NCBI GenBank assembly: GCA_017694955.1
Contig: JADIMC010000019.1
Location: forward strand, 16,242-80,241
Source: Candidatus Limisoma faecipullorum
GTDB taxonomy: Bacteria > Bacteroidota > Bacteroidia > Bacteroidales > Muribaculaceae
Direction of reading: 5' to 3'
Length of the DNA stretch: 64,000 nucleotides
A program made the translations under genes and the position numbers. A model generated the notes under the pieces. It was not told where the DNA came from, did not search any database, and saw only the letters and a program-made list of their open reading frames with translations. This document shows, piece by piece, positions 38,802 through 48,873 of the stretch; within the stretch, counting starts at the first letter, position 1; every line of letters starts with the position of its first letter.

Positions 38802-40826
38802 TCAACGGGCAAGTATAAGCGCGGCTTGCGGAGCAGCCTCTACCTTACCGCCTTTCATCGTGCCCAAACCGTTCTTGTCGAGCTTGCCGTCAGCGGCAAT
38901 CACCGTCCATTCGCCTTTAGGCACTTTCACCGTTTGCGGCTCTGCGCTGCCATTGAACACTACTCTTATTTCGTTCCATTCGTCACCATTGGCATTATCC
39001 TTGATGGCGTATGAAATGAGATTAGGCGTTTTCACATCGTCGAAAACTATATGCTTTGCTATGTCATCCGCATTTGTCATACGGAATGCCGGATGGCTGC
39101 GCCGCAAATCGATAAGATTACGGTAATAATCGAACTGTTCACGATTCTTGCGCTTCAATGTCCAATCGATGGCATTCACCTCGTCGGGAGACTTGAACGA
39201 ATTGTGCACACCTTTCTTGTCTCGGAAAATTTCCTCGCCTGCAAACATGAACGGAGTACCCTGCGAAGTGAACACGATTGTCTGTGCCAGCCGCGCCACA
39301 CGCATTCTTACGGAATCCGTGACATCAGGCATCGACTTGCGCATCTTGTCGGTAAGGCAAAGATCGTCGTGGCACGACACATAATTCATAATCTGCTCAG
39401 GTGAAGAAGCATATGCAAATTTAGAATTGTTGCCTTTGGAATAATCCACCTGCGGATGAGCAGTAGAAGCGACAATACCGATTTTTACAGTTTCCTCCAA
39501 TCCTGGTTTGCCGGAAGCGAATCCACGGTCTTCTTCACGGCTGTAATGCCCCTTGACCGCATCGCGGATATCGTCGCTGAACACCGCTATGCCTTCCATC
39601 TTAGCTACATTCTCCTTCAGAGCCCGGCGCTCTACCGGCAAGCGGCTGTCGCCAGCAGTCCAGCCCTCACCATAAATGACGGCATACGGGTTAATCGCAC
39701 GGACAGTCTCAGCCACACGGGTCATCGTCTCCGTGTCGTGTATCGCCATCAAGTCGAAACGGAAACCGTCGATATGGTATTCTTCCGTCCAGTATTTAAC
39801 AGAATTGACGATGAAATCCCCCATCTGACGACGATCGGAAGCAGTCTCATTGCCACACCCCGAAGCATCGCTGTAAGAACCGTCAGGATTATGGCGGTAA
39901 TAATACCCCGGAGCAGTAAGAGAGAAATTAGAATCATCGTTAACGGCAGTATGGTTATATACGACATCCATAATCACACCGATACCGGCATCGTGCAATG
40001 CCTTGACCATCTTTTTCATCTCGCGTATTCGCGTAGCAGGGTCGGCAGGATTTGTTGAATAAGAGCCATCTGGCACATTATAGTTAATAGGGTCATATCC
40101 CCAGTTATACTGGCGGTCCATAAGCTGAGCCTCGTCAACCGAATTAAAATCATATGACGGCAATATGTGCACATGTGTCACACCCAGCTCCTTCAAATGG
40201 TCAATACCGGTCTTTTCCCCGTCGGGAGAAAGCGTCCCCTGCTCAAGCATAGCAATAAATTTTCCTTTATTTACAATACCCGAATTGCGGTGCGCGGAGA
40301 AATCACGATGATGCATCTCATAGACGACGGCATCAGTCTGATGCGGAGTGACAACATACTTATCATTCTCCCATCCTTCCGGGTCAGTCGAAGCCAAGTC
40401 GATTATAGCGGCACGATAACCGTTGGTACCCACAGCTTTCGCCCACACACCCGGTGTCTCCTTCAACCATCTCCCATCCATATGGATTTGGAAAGTATAA
40501 AACTTACCGTAAAGTTTTTCAGCAAACGAATACGTCCACGTGCCAGCCACGTCTTTCCTCATATCTACAGTCTGATACGCATCCCCTTTCAATCCATCAG
40601 CATACAAATGCAATCTCACAGCCTCAGCGCCAGGCGACCACAAGCGGAAATGCGTACCGGCAGCATCAACCTTAAGCTCCAGGTCATCGCCAGAATACAC
40701 TGGATAAGCATCCAATACCGCATCAGGGACTTTAGGCAACGTTTGCGAATCCGCGGCAACAGGTGAAAGCGCAGCAACAGAGGCCACAGTTGACGCGGCA
40801 AGAAGTCTTACAACAAGATTTGACAT
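38802..40826 (-). CDS. pulA: Type I pullulanase (GH13)
   Basis: GH13 regions VIMDVVYNH, GFRFDLM, YGEGW, YVSCHDD. An N-terminal CBM48-like region and a signal peptide are present. Confidence 0.88.
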   Translation of the reverse strand: MSNLVVRLLAASTVASVAALSPVAADSQTLPKVPDAVLDAYPVYSGDDLELKVDAAGTHFRLWSPGAEAVRLHLYADGLKGDAYQTVDMRKDVAGTWTYSFAEKLYGKFYTFQIHMDGRWLKETPGVWAKAVGTNGYRAAIIDLASTDPEGWENDKYVVTPHQTDAVVYEMHHRDFSAHRNSGIVNKGKFIAMLEQGTLSPDGEKTGIDHLKELGVTHVHILPSYDFNSVDEAQLMDRQYNWGYDPINYNVPDGSYSTNPADPATRIREMKKMVKALHDAGIGVIMDVVYNHTAVNDDSNFSLTAPGYYYRHNPDGSYSDASGCGNETASDRRQMGDFIVNSVKYWTEEYHIDGFRFDLMAIHDTETMTRVAETVRAINPYAVIYGEGWTAGDSRLPVERRALKENVAKMEGIAVFSDDIRDAVKGHYSREEDRGFASGKPGLEETVKIGIVASTAHPQVDYSKGNNSKFAYASSPEQIMNYVSCHDDLCLTDKMRKSMPDVTDSVRMRVARLAQTIVFTSQGTPFMFAGEEIFRDKKGVHNSFKSPDEVNAIDWTLKRKNREQFDYYRNLIDLRRSHPAFRMTNADDIAKHIVFDDVKTPNLISYAIKDNANGDEWNEIRVVFNGSAEPQTVKVPKGEWTVIAADGKLDKNGLGTMKGGKVEAAPQAALILAR

Positions 40827-40881
40827 AAATAAATGAATATAAGTTATTAAATTTACAAAAACGACACAGTATGCCGACCGG

Positions 40882-41175
40882 CTATTTCACAACTACCTTA
40901 ACAGTGCCTTCATCGCTTTTTACGATATAAAAACCCTGCGGCAATGCCACAGTAGCACTATCGGATTTCAAGGTAACCGTTTTCACCGCCTGCCCTGTTA
41001 TGGAATAGACAGTAAAAGTGACACTTTTGCCGGTATTGTTCTCAAGGGTCAAAGTGCCGGGAAGTGCCGAAACGGCAACAGGAGCAGACGGGACACGGTT
41101 ATCCGCCCCCTCTGCAAACGCCGCCGCACAACACAGCAGCGCACATCCTAATGCTATTAATTTCTTTTTCAACAT
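40882..41175 (-). CDS. Signal peptide plus T9SS C-terminal sorting domain only (cargo-less mini-protein)
   Basis: MLKKKLIALGCALLCCAAAFAEG..., then about 75 aa ending LPQGFYIVKSDEGTVKVVVK. ATG 41175 lies 20 nt downstream of a -7 box. Confidence 0.6.
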   Translation of the reverse strand: MLKKKLIALGCALLCCAAAFAEGADNRVPSAPVAVSALPGTLTLENNTGKSVTFTVYSITGQAVKTVTLKSDSATVALPQGFYIVKSDEGTVKVVVK

Positions 41176-41195
41176 ACCGATACTTCTAACTACCG

Positions 41196-41203
41196 CAAAA
41201 TTA
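41196..41203 (-). promoter_or_regulatory. -7 promoter box TAATTTTG
   Basis: 20 nt upstream of ATG 41175. Confidence 0.5.
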
Positions 41204-41305
41204 AAAATTTTCATCGTAAAAACAAATTATTATTCACTTTTTTGGAATCGTTTTGTTTTTTTTCTAATTTAGCAAAAGAATTAGTTAATAACCATATCAC
41301 CTGAT

Positions 41306-42739
41306 ATGACCGCACTCATTACTCCATATCAATGGATTGGCATCATAGCTCTGATTGTCTATACGGCAACCATCCTGTCGGTCATATACGTAGTCATATC
41401 AGAAAACCGCAACCCGGTACGCTCCCTCGCATGGGTGACAGTGCTTATGTTCCTTCCCGTAATCGGGCTGATATTATACCTGTTTTTTGGACGCAGCATC
41501 AAAATCAAAGCCGTAATCTCAAAGCGCATGCGCCGCAAACTGATGCGCAAGGAACGTATAAAGCAAGTCGATATACCAAAATTGCAGCTCTCCAGCGAAA
41601 GCAAGCAGCTCGTGAAATTAGGGCAATCGCTTACCGGCGCAATATATTTTCCAGGGAACAAAGTGGAAATTTTCACTAATGGAAAAGAGATGTTCGCCTG
41701 TCTTATTGACGATTTTAAAAAAGCACAAAAATCCATCGACCTGCAATTCTACATATTCGAAGACGACAACATAGGGAGGGAAATAAGGAGGATACTAATC
41801 GAGAAAGCAAGGCAGGGAGTGGAAGTGCGGGTAATCTACGACCACGTAGGATGCTTCAAAGTGAGCAAAAAGTTCTATCAGGAAATGGCAGAGGCAGGCA
41901 TAGAAGTTCACCCATTCTTTAAAGTGACATTCCCGGAATTCGCCACAAGAATAAACTGGCGCAACCACCGCAAAATCACAATAATCGATGGAGAGACAGG
42001 ATATATAGGAGGTATGAACATCGCCGACCGCTACATCAGCACCCCTGGCAACATATGGCGCGACACCCACCTGCGGATAAGGGGGAAATGCATCTTCGGG
42101 CTTGCCTATTCATTCGGCACCGACTGGGCATTCATGGGTCTGCCACCGTTCAACGAGGAAATCAAACGCTACGAGCCGACAGCAGACGATGACGCAGGAA
42201 TCCAAATCGTCACGAGCGGTCCTTTCGGGCAATGGCACAACATTGCGCTTATGTTCCTGAAAGCCATAGGCAGCGCAAAAAAGCTGGTCTATATCGAAAC
42301 CCCATATTTCCTTCCTACCGAAAGCCTGCTGAAAGCGCTGCAGACGGCCGCCCTGTCGAAAGTTGACGTAAGAATAATCATCCCCCGCAAGCCCGACTCC
42401 GTAATGCTGCGCCTTGCTTCAGGCTCATATATCGGGCAATGCATCAAGTCAGGTATCAAAATCTATTTCTACGAGCCGGGGATGCTGCACGCCAAGACCA
42501 TAATCATCGACGACGAAATAACCACCACAGGGTCCACGAACTTCGACTTCCGGAGCATGGAATACAACTTCGAATGCAACGCATTCATCTACAGCCGTAA
42601 AATCAACGCACAAATGAAAGAGATATTCCTTAATGACCAGAAAGACTCTACACGCATAACATCAACAATGTGGCGGCACCGCCCGTTCATACAAAAGCTG
42701 AAAGAATCGTTCATACGCCTTCTCAGCCCCGTGCTATAA
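41306..42739 (+). CDS. cls: Cardiolipin synthase
   Basis: Two N-terminal TM helices and two HKD motifs (NHRKITIIDG, LHAKTIIIDD). Confidence 0.9.
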   Translation: MTALITPYQWIGIIALIVYTATILSVIYVVISENRNPVRSLAWVTVLMFLPVIGLILYLFFGRSIKIKAVISKRMRRKLMRKERIKQVDIPKLQLSSESKQLVKLGQSLTGAIYFPGNKVEIFTNGKEMFACLIDDFKKAQKSIDLQFYIFEDDNIGREIRRILIEKARQGVEVRVIYDHVGCFKVSKKFYQEMAEAGIEVHPFFKVTFPEFATRINWRNHRKITIIDGETGYIGGMNIADRYISTPGNIWRDTHLRIRGKCIFGLAYSFGTDWAFMGLPPFNEEIKRYEPTADDDAGIQIVTSGPFGQWHNIALMFLKAIGSAKKLVYIETPYFLPTESLLKALQTAALSKVDVRIIIPRKPDSVMLRLASGSYIGQCIKSGIKIYFYEPGMLHAKTIIIDDEITTTGSTNFDFRSMEYNFECNAFIYSRKINAQMKEIFLNDQKDSTRITSTMWRHRPFIQKLKESFIRLLSPVL

Positions 42740-42768
42740 AATCAAGCATCCGGATGAAACGTTTAAAA

Positions 42769-42804
42769 CAAATCAGGGACTGTGTTTTTGCAGTCCCTGA
42801 TTTG
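42769..42804. terminator. Bidirectional hairpin terminator
   Basis: caaatcagggactg pairs with cagtccctgatttg (14-bp stem). Confidence 0.75.
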
Positions 42805-42826
42805 CTTTAAACCTAAAAAAAGGATT

Positions 42827-44482
42827 TTAAGCGTTATCCTTCTGACGGATTTCCACACGACGGATTTTCCCGCTTATCGTCTTCGGCAGCTCATCAACAA
42901 ATTCCACGACCCGCGGATATTTGTAAGGCGCCGTTGTACGCTTCACGTGCTCCTGAATCTCTTTCGTAAGCTGCTCTTTGTCACGGTCCTTATATCCGGG
43001 AGCCAAGACGATAGTTGCTTTCACCACCTGACCGCGAATCTCGTCAGGCACACCGGTTATGGCACATTCCACCACAGCCGGATGTGTCATCAAAGCACTT
43101 TCCACCTCAAACGGACCAATACGGTAACCTGAAGACTTAATCACGTCATCTTTTCTACCGATAAACCAGAAATACCCGTCCTCGTCACGCCAAGCCACAT
43201 CACCTGTATGATAGATTCCATCGTGATAAGCCATATGGGTCAATTCCGAATCACGATAATATTCCTTGAACAATCCAAGCGGCTTATTCCCGTGTGTGCG
43301 TACCACAATTTCTCCCTGCTCTCCATCTTCAGCCCAACGCCCGTCGGAAGTCAGGAGGTCTATGTCGTAAACCGGTCCCTTTTTGCCCATCGACCCCGGT
43401 TTTGGTTCAAGCCAAGGATAAGTGGCAATGGTCAGCGTAGTCTCAGTCTGCCCGAAACCCTCCATCAGCTTTATGCCTGTCAGCTTCAGCCATTCGTCAT
43501 AGACACTCGGATTAAGAGCCTCGCCGGCAATAGTACAATACTTAAGGCAAGATATATCAAATTTCGACAAATCCTCCCGTATCAAAAAACGGAATACCGT
43601 AGGCGGCGCACAAAACGATGTAATGCGGAAATCGTGTATCTTATGTAACACATCTACCGGCTTGAATTTCTCGAAATCATATACAAACACATTAGCCCCG
43701 GCTATCCACTGCCCGTACAGCTTTCCCCACACAGCTTTGCCCCAGCCAGTGTCGGCAAGCGTCAGATGCAAACTGCTCTCGTGCAAATTATGCCAATATG
43801 ACCCTGTAATGATGTGTCCCAAAGGATAAGTGAAATCGTGCGCAACCATTTTCGGCTCGCCAGTTGTCCCGGAAGTGAAATACATCAAGGAAATGTCGTC
43901 GTTGCTGTTTGGATGCTCAGGACGCACAAAGGGAGCCGCCTCTTCACAACCTTTCGAGAAATCAAGCCATCCTTCAGGCACATCCGGCCCTATTGATATG
44001 CAATATTTTAAAGTCGGGCAATCCGGCTTAGCATCCATTATATGCTTCAAGACCACATCGTCGCCGACAGCGACAACCGCTTTAATATCGGCGGCGTTAC
44101 AACGGTAAACGATATCCTTGGCTGTCAGGAGATGGGTTGCCGGTATAGTTACCGCGCCAATCTTGTGCAACGCTATTATAGAAAACCAGAATTGGTAGCG
44201 CCGCTTCAATATCAGCATCACCATATCACCCTTCTTTATTCCAAGTGAAAGGAAAAACGATGCAGCCTTGTCGCTTTCCCGCTTTATATCGGCAAAGGTG
44301 AACTGTATGACATCGCCTGACTCATTTGTCCACAACAACGCCTTCTTGTCGGGTTCGACACGAGCCCATTCGTCAACAACATCATAGCCGAAATTGAAAT
44401 TATCAGGAATATTGACACGGAAATTTTCCATAAAATCCTCATAAGATTCAAATTCCGTCTTGTCAAGAAATCTTTCCAGCAT
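42827..44482 (-). CDS. AMP-forming acyl-CoA synthetase (AMP-binding family)
   Basis: [11 protein letters not shown] (A3), [15 protein letters not shown]. Confidence 0.85.
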   Translation of the reverse strand: MLERFLDKTEFESYEDFMENFRVNIPDNFNFGYDVVDEWARVEPDKKALLWTNESGDVIQFTFADIKRESDKAASFFLSLGIKKGDMVMLILKRRYQFWFSIIALHKIGAVTIPATHLLTAKDIVYRCNAADIKAVVAVGDDVVLKHIMDAKPDCPTLKYCISIGPDVPEGWLDFSKGCEEAAPFVRPEHPNSNDDISLMYFTSGTTGEPKMVAHDFTYPLGHIITGSYWHNLHESSLHLTLADTGWGKAVWGKLYGQWIAGANVFVYDFEKFKPVDVLHKIHDFRITSFCAPPTVFRFLIREDLSKFDISCLKYCTIAGEALNPSVYDEWLKLTGIKLMEGFGQTETTLTIATYPWLEPKPGSMGKKGPVYDIDLLTSDGRWAEDGEQGEIVVRTHGNKPLGLFKEYYRDSELTHMAYHDGIYHTGDVAWRDEDGYFWFIGRKDDVIKSSGYRIGPFEVESALMTHPAVVECAITGVPDEIRGQVVKATIVLAPGYKDRDKEQLTKEIQEHVKRTTAPYKYPRVVEFVDELPKTISGKIRRVEIRQKDNA

Positions 44483-44510
44483 AACTATATGTTTTTATTC
44501 TTATAGATTT

Positions 44511-45062
44511 TCAAATTATGATGGCAATAAATCGCAATTGCCTGTCACCTACCGCACGCATCCCATGAGGATGACGGGCATCGAACATAATGGTGTCGCC
44601 CTCTTCGAGAATAATCTTCTTTCCATCGATATGTATCTCCATACTACCGGATTCAACATAGTTGAACTCCTGTCCGTCGTGAGAGCTAAGATGAACATCC
44701 TGACAACCCGCATCCGGCTCAACCGTGACAAGGAACGGCTCCATCACACGATTAGAAAATCCGGCAGCAAGCGACTGATATTTATACCAATTACGCCGCT
44801 CAACACTGACTCCAGTGCCTTTCCTTGTGACAAAATAGCTTTTCATTTTAGGCTCCTCTCCAAAAAGCAAAGCCGTAATTTCCACACCATAAGTGTGAGC
44901 AATTTTATGAATCGTACTTACCGGTATATCAATCTCGCCTGACTCATATTTGACATAACTGTCCTCGGCAATGCCACAAGCGGAAGCAATCTCCGAAACT
45001 GTCAGGCCTAATGCGTCCCTCAGTCCTTTCAAGCGGTTCGCAACTTCTTCTACGTGACCCAT
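44511..45062 (-). CDS. XRE-family HTH regulator with C-terminal cupin domain
   Basis: N-terminal HTH (LKGLRDALGLTVSEIASACGI) and cupin motifs (GQEFNYVESGSM...GDTIMFDARHPHG). Confidence 0.85.
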   Translation of the reverse strand: MGHVEEVANRLKGLRDALGLTVSEIASACGIAEDSYVKYESGEIDIPVSTIHKIAHTYGVEITALLFGEEPKMKSYFVTRKGTGVSVERRNWYKYQSLAAGFSNRVMEPFLVTVEPDAGCQDVHLSSHDGQEFNYVESGSMEIHIDGKKIILEEGDTIMFDARHPHGMRAVGDRQLRFIAIII

Positions 45063-45112
45063 TTGTTATTATTTTTAATTTAATACTTACAATCAGTTAT
45101 CAAAAACCGATG

Positions 45113-45120
45113 CAAATATA
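45113..45120 (-). promoter_or_regulatory. -7 promoter box TATATTTG
   Basis: 50 nt upstream of ATG 45062. Confidence 0.45.
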
Positions 45121-45239
45121 AAAATTAATTAGGCAAATCAAGAGGAAAACAATGCTAAAATTTCTATAAACTTCTGAATGTTACACACTTACCACACATA
45201 TGTGCAGCACATAAAGCTCAAAAGTGTGCATAATTGCAC

Positions 45240-45875
45240 TCATTTGCTTTTTTTGTGCATCCGGCGACGTACAAAATGCCACACCAATGCGGCTGCCACA
45301 ATCACCACAAAAGCGACATTAAGCTGCATACCGTACTTTTCAAGCTCTGCTACAATCTGATCTTCCGGCAACAGATAGGCAAGGTAATATCCCAAACCGA
45401 CAAGAAACGAATTCCAAATGGCAGAACCAAACGTGGTATAAAATATGAATGAGCCAACATTCATCCTTGCAAGACCTGCAGGAATAGATATGAACTGACG
45501 TCCAGCCGGTAGCAATCGCCCGATAAATGTGGATATTTTACCATTACGGCGGAACAACTCTTCCGCCTTTTCTAATTTCTCTCTATTCAGAAAAATCAAT
45601 CTTCCCCAACGGCTGCCAGCAAATTTATAAATAGCCGGACGACCTATCCACAAAGAAAGATAATAATTAATTATGGCACCAACAGTAGAGCCCAGCGTGG
45701 AAACAACAATAAGCAGCACAACACTCATCTTGCCATTTGCGGCATTATAAGCGGCAGGCGTCACAATAAGCTCAGCCGGCAATGGAACAACAGAATTTTC
45801 CATTACCATCAAAAAAAACACTACCCAATAGCCCAAGTGGGCAAGTGCCCATTCGATTATCGAGGCAACACCCAT
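45240..45875 (-). CDS. DedA-family membrane protein
   Basis: ENSVVPLPAE and GRLLPAGRQFISIPAG motifs. Confidence 0.85.
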   Translation of the reverse strand: MGVASIIEWALAHLGYWVVFFLMVMENSVVPLPAELIVTPAAYNAANGKMSVVLLIVVSTLGSTVGAIINYYLSLWIGRPAIYKFAGSRWGRLIFLNREKLEKAEELFRRNGKISTFIGRLLPAGRQFISIPAGLARMNVGSFIFYTTFGSAIWNSFLVGLGYYLAYLLPEDQIVAELEKYGMQLNVAFVVIVAAALVWHFVRRRMHKKSK

Positions 45876-47161
45876 TATTGTTCTGCCGTTTTCTCTATTT
45901 TAGAGACAAGTATTTTGTCGATGCGCGCACCATCCATGTCAACAACCTCTAGACGGAAATAATTCCATACAACCACATCGCCAGATTGTGGAATGTCGCC
46001 CAACTGTTTCAGGATAAGTCCGCCGACGGTATTGAATGAATATTCTTCATTAAGGTCGTCTGCTTCAAAATAGCTAAGGAAATCATAAATCGAGCATTGA
46101 CCGTCAACCAACCAGCTATTGCCATCAGCTCGCTCTATTATGTCAGGCTCAGTATTAATATCCTCGAACTTGCCGACAAGTCCCTCCATTATGTCCTTTA
46201 ATGTTATCAGACCTTGGCAACTGCCAAACTCATCGAAAACAAGCGCAGATCCTGTTGAGTTGTCGCGCATCTTTTCCAAAGCCTTATAAACGCTCATATT
46301 CTCGTGGAATACGGTGGCCTGACGACAAATATCCGCAATATTGAAATCCGGATTATCAAGTTCCAGTATTAAATCCTTTATGCGGATTACACCCTTCACA
46401 TTATCGAGATTCTTGTCAATAAGCGGATAAACCTGGTAAATCTTCTCACGCAGCACGTCCTTAACCTGCTGCTTATCCATATTTATGTCAATAGTAACCA
46501 AATCAGAACGGTAAGTCATCAAGGAGGAAACTTTCATATCGCCAAGCTGAAAGACCCTTTCCACAATGTCCTGCTCCACCTCTTGCACTTCACCATCTTC
46601 CTTACCCTCCTGAACAATGCTCTTAATCTCCTCTTCCGTCACTTTTGTCTCCGCATCTTTCAGCCCAAGAAGATTAAACATTCCGGATGTACTTGCAGCC
46701 AACAATTTCACGAAAGGAGAAGCGATAATCGACAAATAATACATCGGGCGCGCAATCAACTTAGCAGCTTTCTCGGAAGCTGCCATACCTATGCGCTTAG
46801 GTACTAACTCTCCCAATATGAGCGTAAGATAAGTGACAATGACTACAATCGTTATCTGCGCTATTTCATCCGCTATAACAGGAGCCACACCTGCCTCAAT
46901 CAGCAGCACAGCAAAATCGTCGCTGAGCTGAGCCCCTGAATATATACCGGTCAAAATACCAATCAACGTTATACCGATTTGCACCGTTGACAGAAACCTG
47001 TCAGGCTCATTGGCCAACTTCAACGCATAGCGTGCGCTTCTGCTTCCTTTTTTTATGTCTGTCGAAAGACTTGATTTTCTTGCTGAAATTACGGCAATCT
47101 CCGACATTGCAAAGATACCGTTTAAAAGGATTAGAATGACTATTATTATAATCTCTGTCAT
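45875..47161 (-). CDS. CNNM/hemolysin-family protein (DUF21-CBS pair-CorC_HlyC)
   Basis: LNGIFAMSEIAVISAR (DUF21), CBS pair, C-terminal CorC domain. Confidence 0.88.
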   Translation of the reverse strand: MTEIIIIVILILLNGIFAMSEIAVISARKSSLSTDIKKGSRSARYALKLANEPDRFLSTVQIGITLIGILTGIYSGAQLSDDFAVLLIEAGVAPVIADEIAQITIVVIVTYLTLILGELVPKRIGMAASEKAAKLIARPMYYLSIIASPFVKLLAASTSGMFNLLGLKDAETKVTEEEIKSIVQEGKEDGEVQEVEQDIVERVFQLGDMKVSSLMTYRSDLVTIDINMDKQQVKDVLREKIYQVYPLIDKNLDNVKGVIRIKDLILELDNPDFNIADICRQATVFHENMSVYKALEKMRDNSTGSALVFDEFGSCQGLITLKDIMEGLVGKFEDINTEPDIIERADGNSWLVDGQCSIYDFLSYFEADDLNEEYSFNTVGGLILKQLGDIPQSGDVVVWNYFRLEVVDMDGARIDKILVSKIEKTAEQ

Positions 47162-47179
47162 TTATATCTGTTTTTGTGT

Positions 47180-47287
47180 GCAAATATAATGTAAGGCGAG
47201 TGCATAAAAAAGAGCTTGCCTGATTTTTTACACAAGCCGCAATCCATATTATGAAAATATAGCGAAACACGAGTGCATAAAATATAG
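47180..47287 (-). repeat. Tandem hairpin-plus-promoter repeat module (E2), inverted relative to 48712-48850
   Basis: 47193-47219 (AAGGCGAGTGCATAAAAAAGAGCTTGC) is an exact reverse complement of 48737-48763. A second, degenerate unit starts near 47254. Confidence 0.85.
47181..47188 (-). promoter_or_regulatory. -7 promoter box TATATTTG
   Basis: 19 nt upstream of ATG 47161. It lies at the head of repeat E2. Confidence 0.55.
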
Positions 47288-47435
47288 TATCGACTTAGAA
47301 TCAGTGCCACATCAGCCATAGCTATTTAATTCAATTATTTGGAAAAACTGGAGATTTCGTTTCAATCTGTCATACATCAAAGCCTCGATATGATTTTTTA
47401 ACACAAATAATCCCCTGGTGTAATCATTTATTTCA

Positions 47436-47443
47436 TAACTTTG
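47436..47443 (+). promoter_or_regulatory. -7 promoter box TAACTTTG
   Basis: 43 nt upstream of ATG 47487. Confidence 0.4.
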
Positions 47444-47486
47444 AATAAATCTATTTTTTAAGTTAAACAGTTAAAACCAAAAGCGT

Positions 47487-48656
47487 ATGAACAGAATGAA
47501 CTTTTCCGCACACATCCCCACAAGACTGATTTTCGGAGCAGGAGAGTTAAATAAGCTGGCTGAATGCAAACTTCCGGGGAAGAAAGCCCTGGTTGTCATT
47601 TCAGCCGGCACATCCATGCGTAAATACGGATATCTCGACCGTGTTTGCGAGCTTCTGAAAAAGAACGGAGCGGAAACCGTGGTATTCGACAAGATATTAG
47701 CCAACCCGATAAAAACACACGTAATGGAAGGTGCTGCCATATGCCGTGAAAAAAGATGCGACTTTGTTGTCGGTCTCGGAGGAGGAAGCACAATCGATTC
47801 GGCAAAATCAATCGCCATAATGGCAGTGAACGATGGCGATTATTGGGACTACATTTCCGGTGGGACAGGAAAAGGCAAAGCTGTAAAGAATGCGCTCCCA
47901 ATAGTGGCAATATCCACCACTGCCGGCACCGGTACAGAAATGGACCCGTGGACCGTAATTACAAACGAAGAGACAAACGAGAAAATAGGCTTCGGATGCT
48001 CCCTGACATTTCCGGCAATCTCCATTGTTGATCCGGAATTGATGCTGTCGATTCCTCCCGCCTTCACTGCATACCAAGGATTCGATGCCTTTTTCCATGC
48101 AGCAGAAGGCTATATTGCTTCCATCGCCTCACCCATAAGCGACCTTTACGCGCTCGAAGCGGTACGACTACTCTACAAATATCTACCTGTCGCCGTTAAG
48201 AATGGTTCCGACTTGAAAGCCAGAAGCAAAGTGGCATGGGCTGCAACACTTGCCGGAATGGTAGAGTCAACATCTTCATGCACTTCAGAGCACTCAATGG
48301 AACACGCAATGAGCGCATATTATCCGAAACTGCCCCACGGAGCAGGATTGATAGCCATCTCTGAAGCGTATTTCACCACGTTCAAGAATGACAGGATGAA
48401 ACGCTATATGAAAATGTTCGAAACAATGACTGAAAAGAAGAGCGCACGTCCGTCCGACTTTATCGACGCTCTGGCATTTCTAAAGAAAGAATGCGGAGTT
48501 GACAATATTAAATTAAGCGATTACGGCATAACACCTGAAGATTTTCCACGATTTGCCGATAATGCAGTCAACACAATGGGCGGTCTGTTCTCTTTTGACC
48601 CTCGCCCGCTCAACCGCACAGAGATAATTGACATTTATGCAAAATCTTATAAATAA
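47487..48656 (+). CDS. Iron-containing (group III) alcohol dehydrogenase
   Basis: GLGGGSTIDSAK, Fe-ADH His motifs (FHAAEGY, EHSMEHAMS), 389 aa. Confidence 0.9.
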   Translation: MNRMNFSAHIPTRLIFGAGELNKLAECKLPGKKALVVISAGTSMRKYGYLDRVCELLKKNGAETVVFDKILANPIKTHVMEGAAICREKRCDFVVGLGGGSTIDSAKSIAIMAVNDGDYWDYISGGTGKGKAVKNALPIVAISTTAGTGTEMDPWTVITNEETNEKIGFGCSLTFPAISIVDPELMLSIPPAFTAYQGFDAFFHAAEGYIASIASPISDLYALEAVRLLYKYLPVAVKNGSDLKARSKVAWAATLAGMVESTSSCTSEHSMEHAMSAYYPKLPHGAGLIAISEAYFTTFKNDRMKRYMKMFETMTEKKSARPSDFIDALAFLKKECGVDNIKLSDYGITPEDFPRFADNAVNTMGGLFSFDPRPLNRTEIIDIYAKSYK

Positions 48657-48670
48657 ATTTCTTTATGAGG

Positions 48671-48703
48671 ATTAAGGCGCGAGAAAGTTTCTCGCGCCTT
48701 AAT
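48671..48703 (+). terminator. Hairpin terminator of the alcohol dehydrogenase gene
   Basis: attaaggcgcgag pairs with ctcgcgccttaat (13-bp stem, loop aaagttt). The T-tract is weak. Confidence 0.6.
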
Positions 48704-48711
48704 CTTAAATA

Positions 48712-48850
48712 GCTGCGGCTCGGCTTAAAAAATCGAGCAAGCTCTTTTTTATGCACTCGCCTTGCACTATATTTTCATAATATCGGCTGCGGCTCGGCTT
48801 AAAAAATCGAGCAAGCTCTTTCTTATGCACTCGCCTTGCACTATATTTGC
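48712..48850 (+). repeat. Tandem 74-bp hairpin-plus-promoter repeat (two units, E4)
   Basis: 48712-48747 is identical to 48786-48821 (36 nt exact). After one mismatch, 26 further nt are identical. Only unit 2 ends in a perfect TATATTTG. Confidence 0.9.
48842..48849 (+). promoter_or_regulatory. -7 promoter box TATATTTG
   Basis: 24 nt upstream of ATG 48874. Confidence 0.55.
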
Positions 48851-48873
48851 GTTATCATTCACCTAACAATATA

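Noticed and set aside
47288-48711. The alcohol dehydrogenase segment considered as a mobile cassette or phase-variable invertible element, because it is bracketed by inverted repeats.
   Set aside because: No recombinase, transposase or target-site duplication was seen. Inversion would not change which promoter faces the flanking genes. It is kept only as a testable side-note in the repeat finding.
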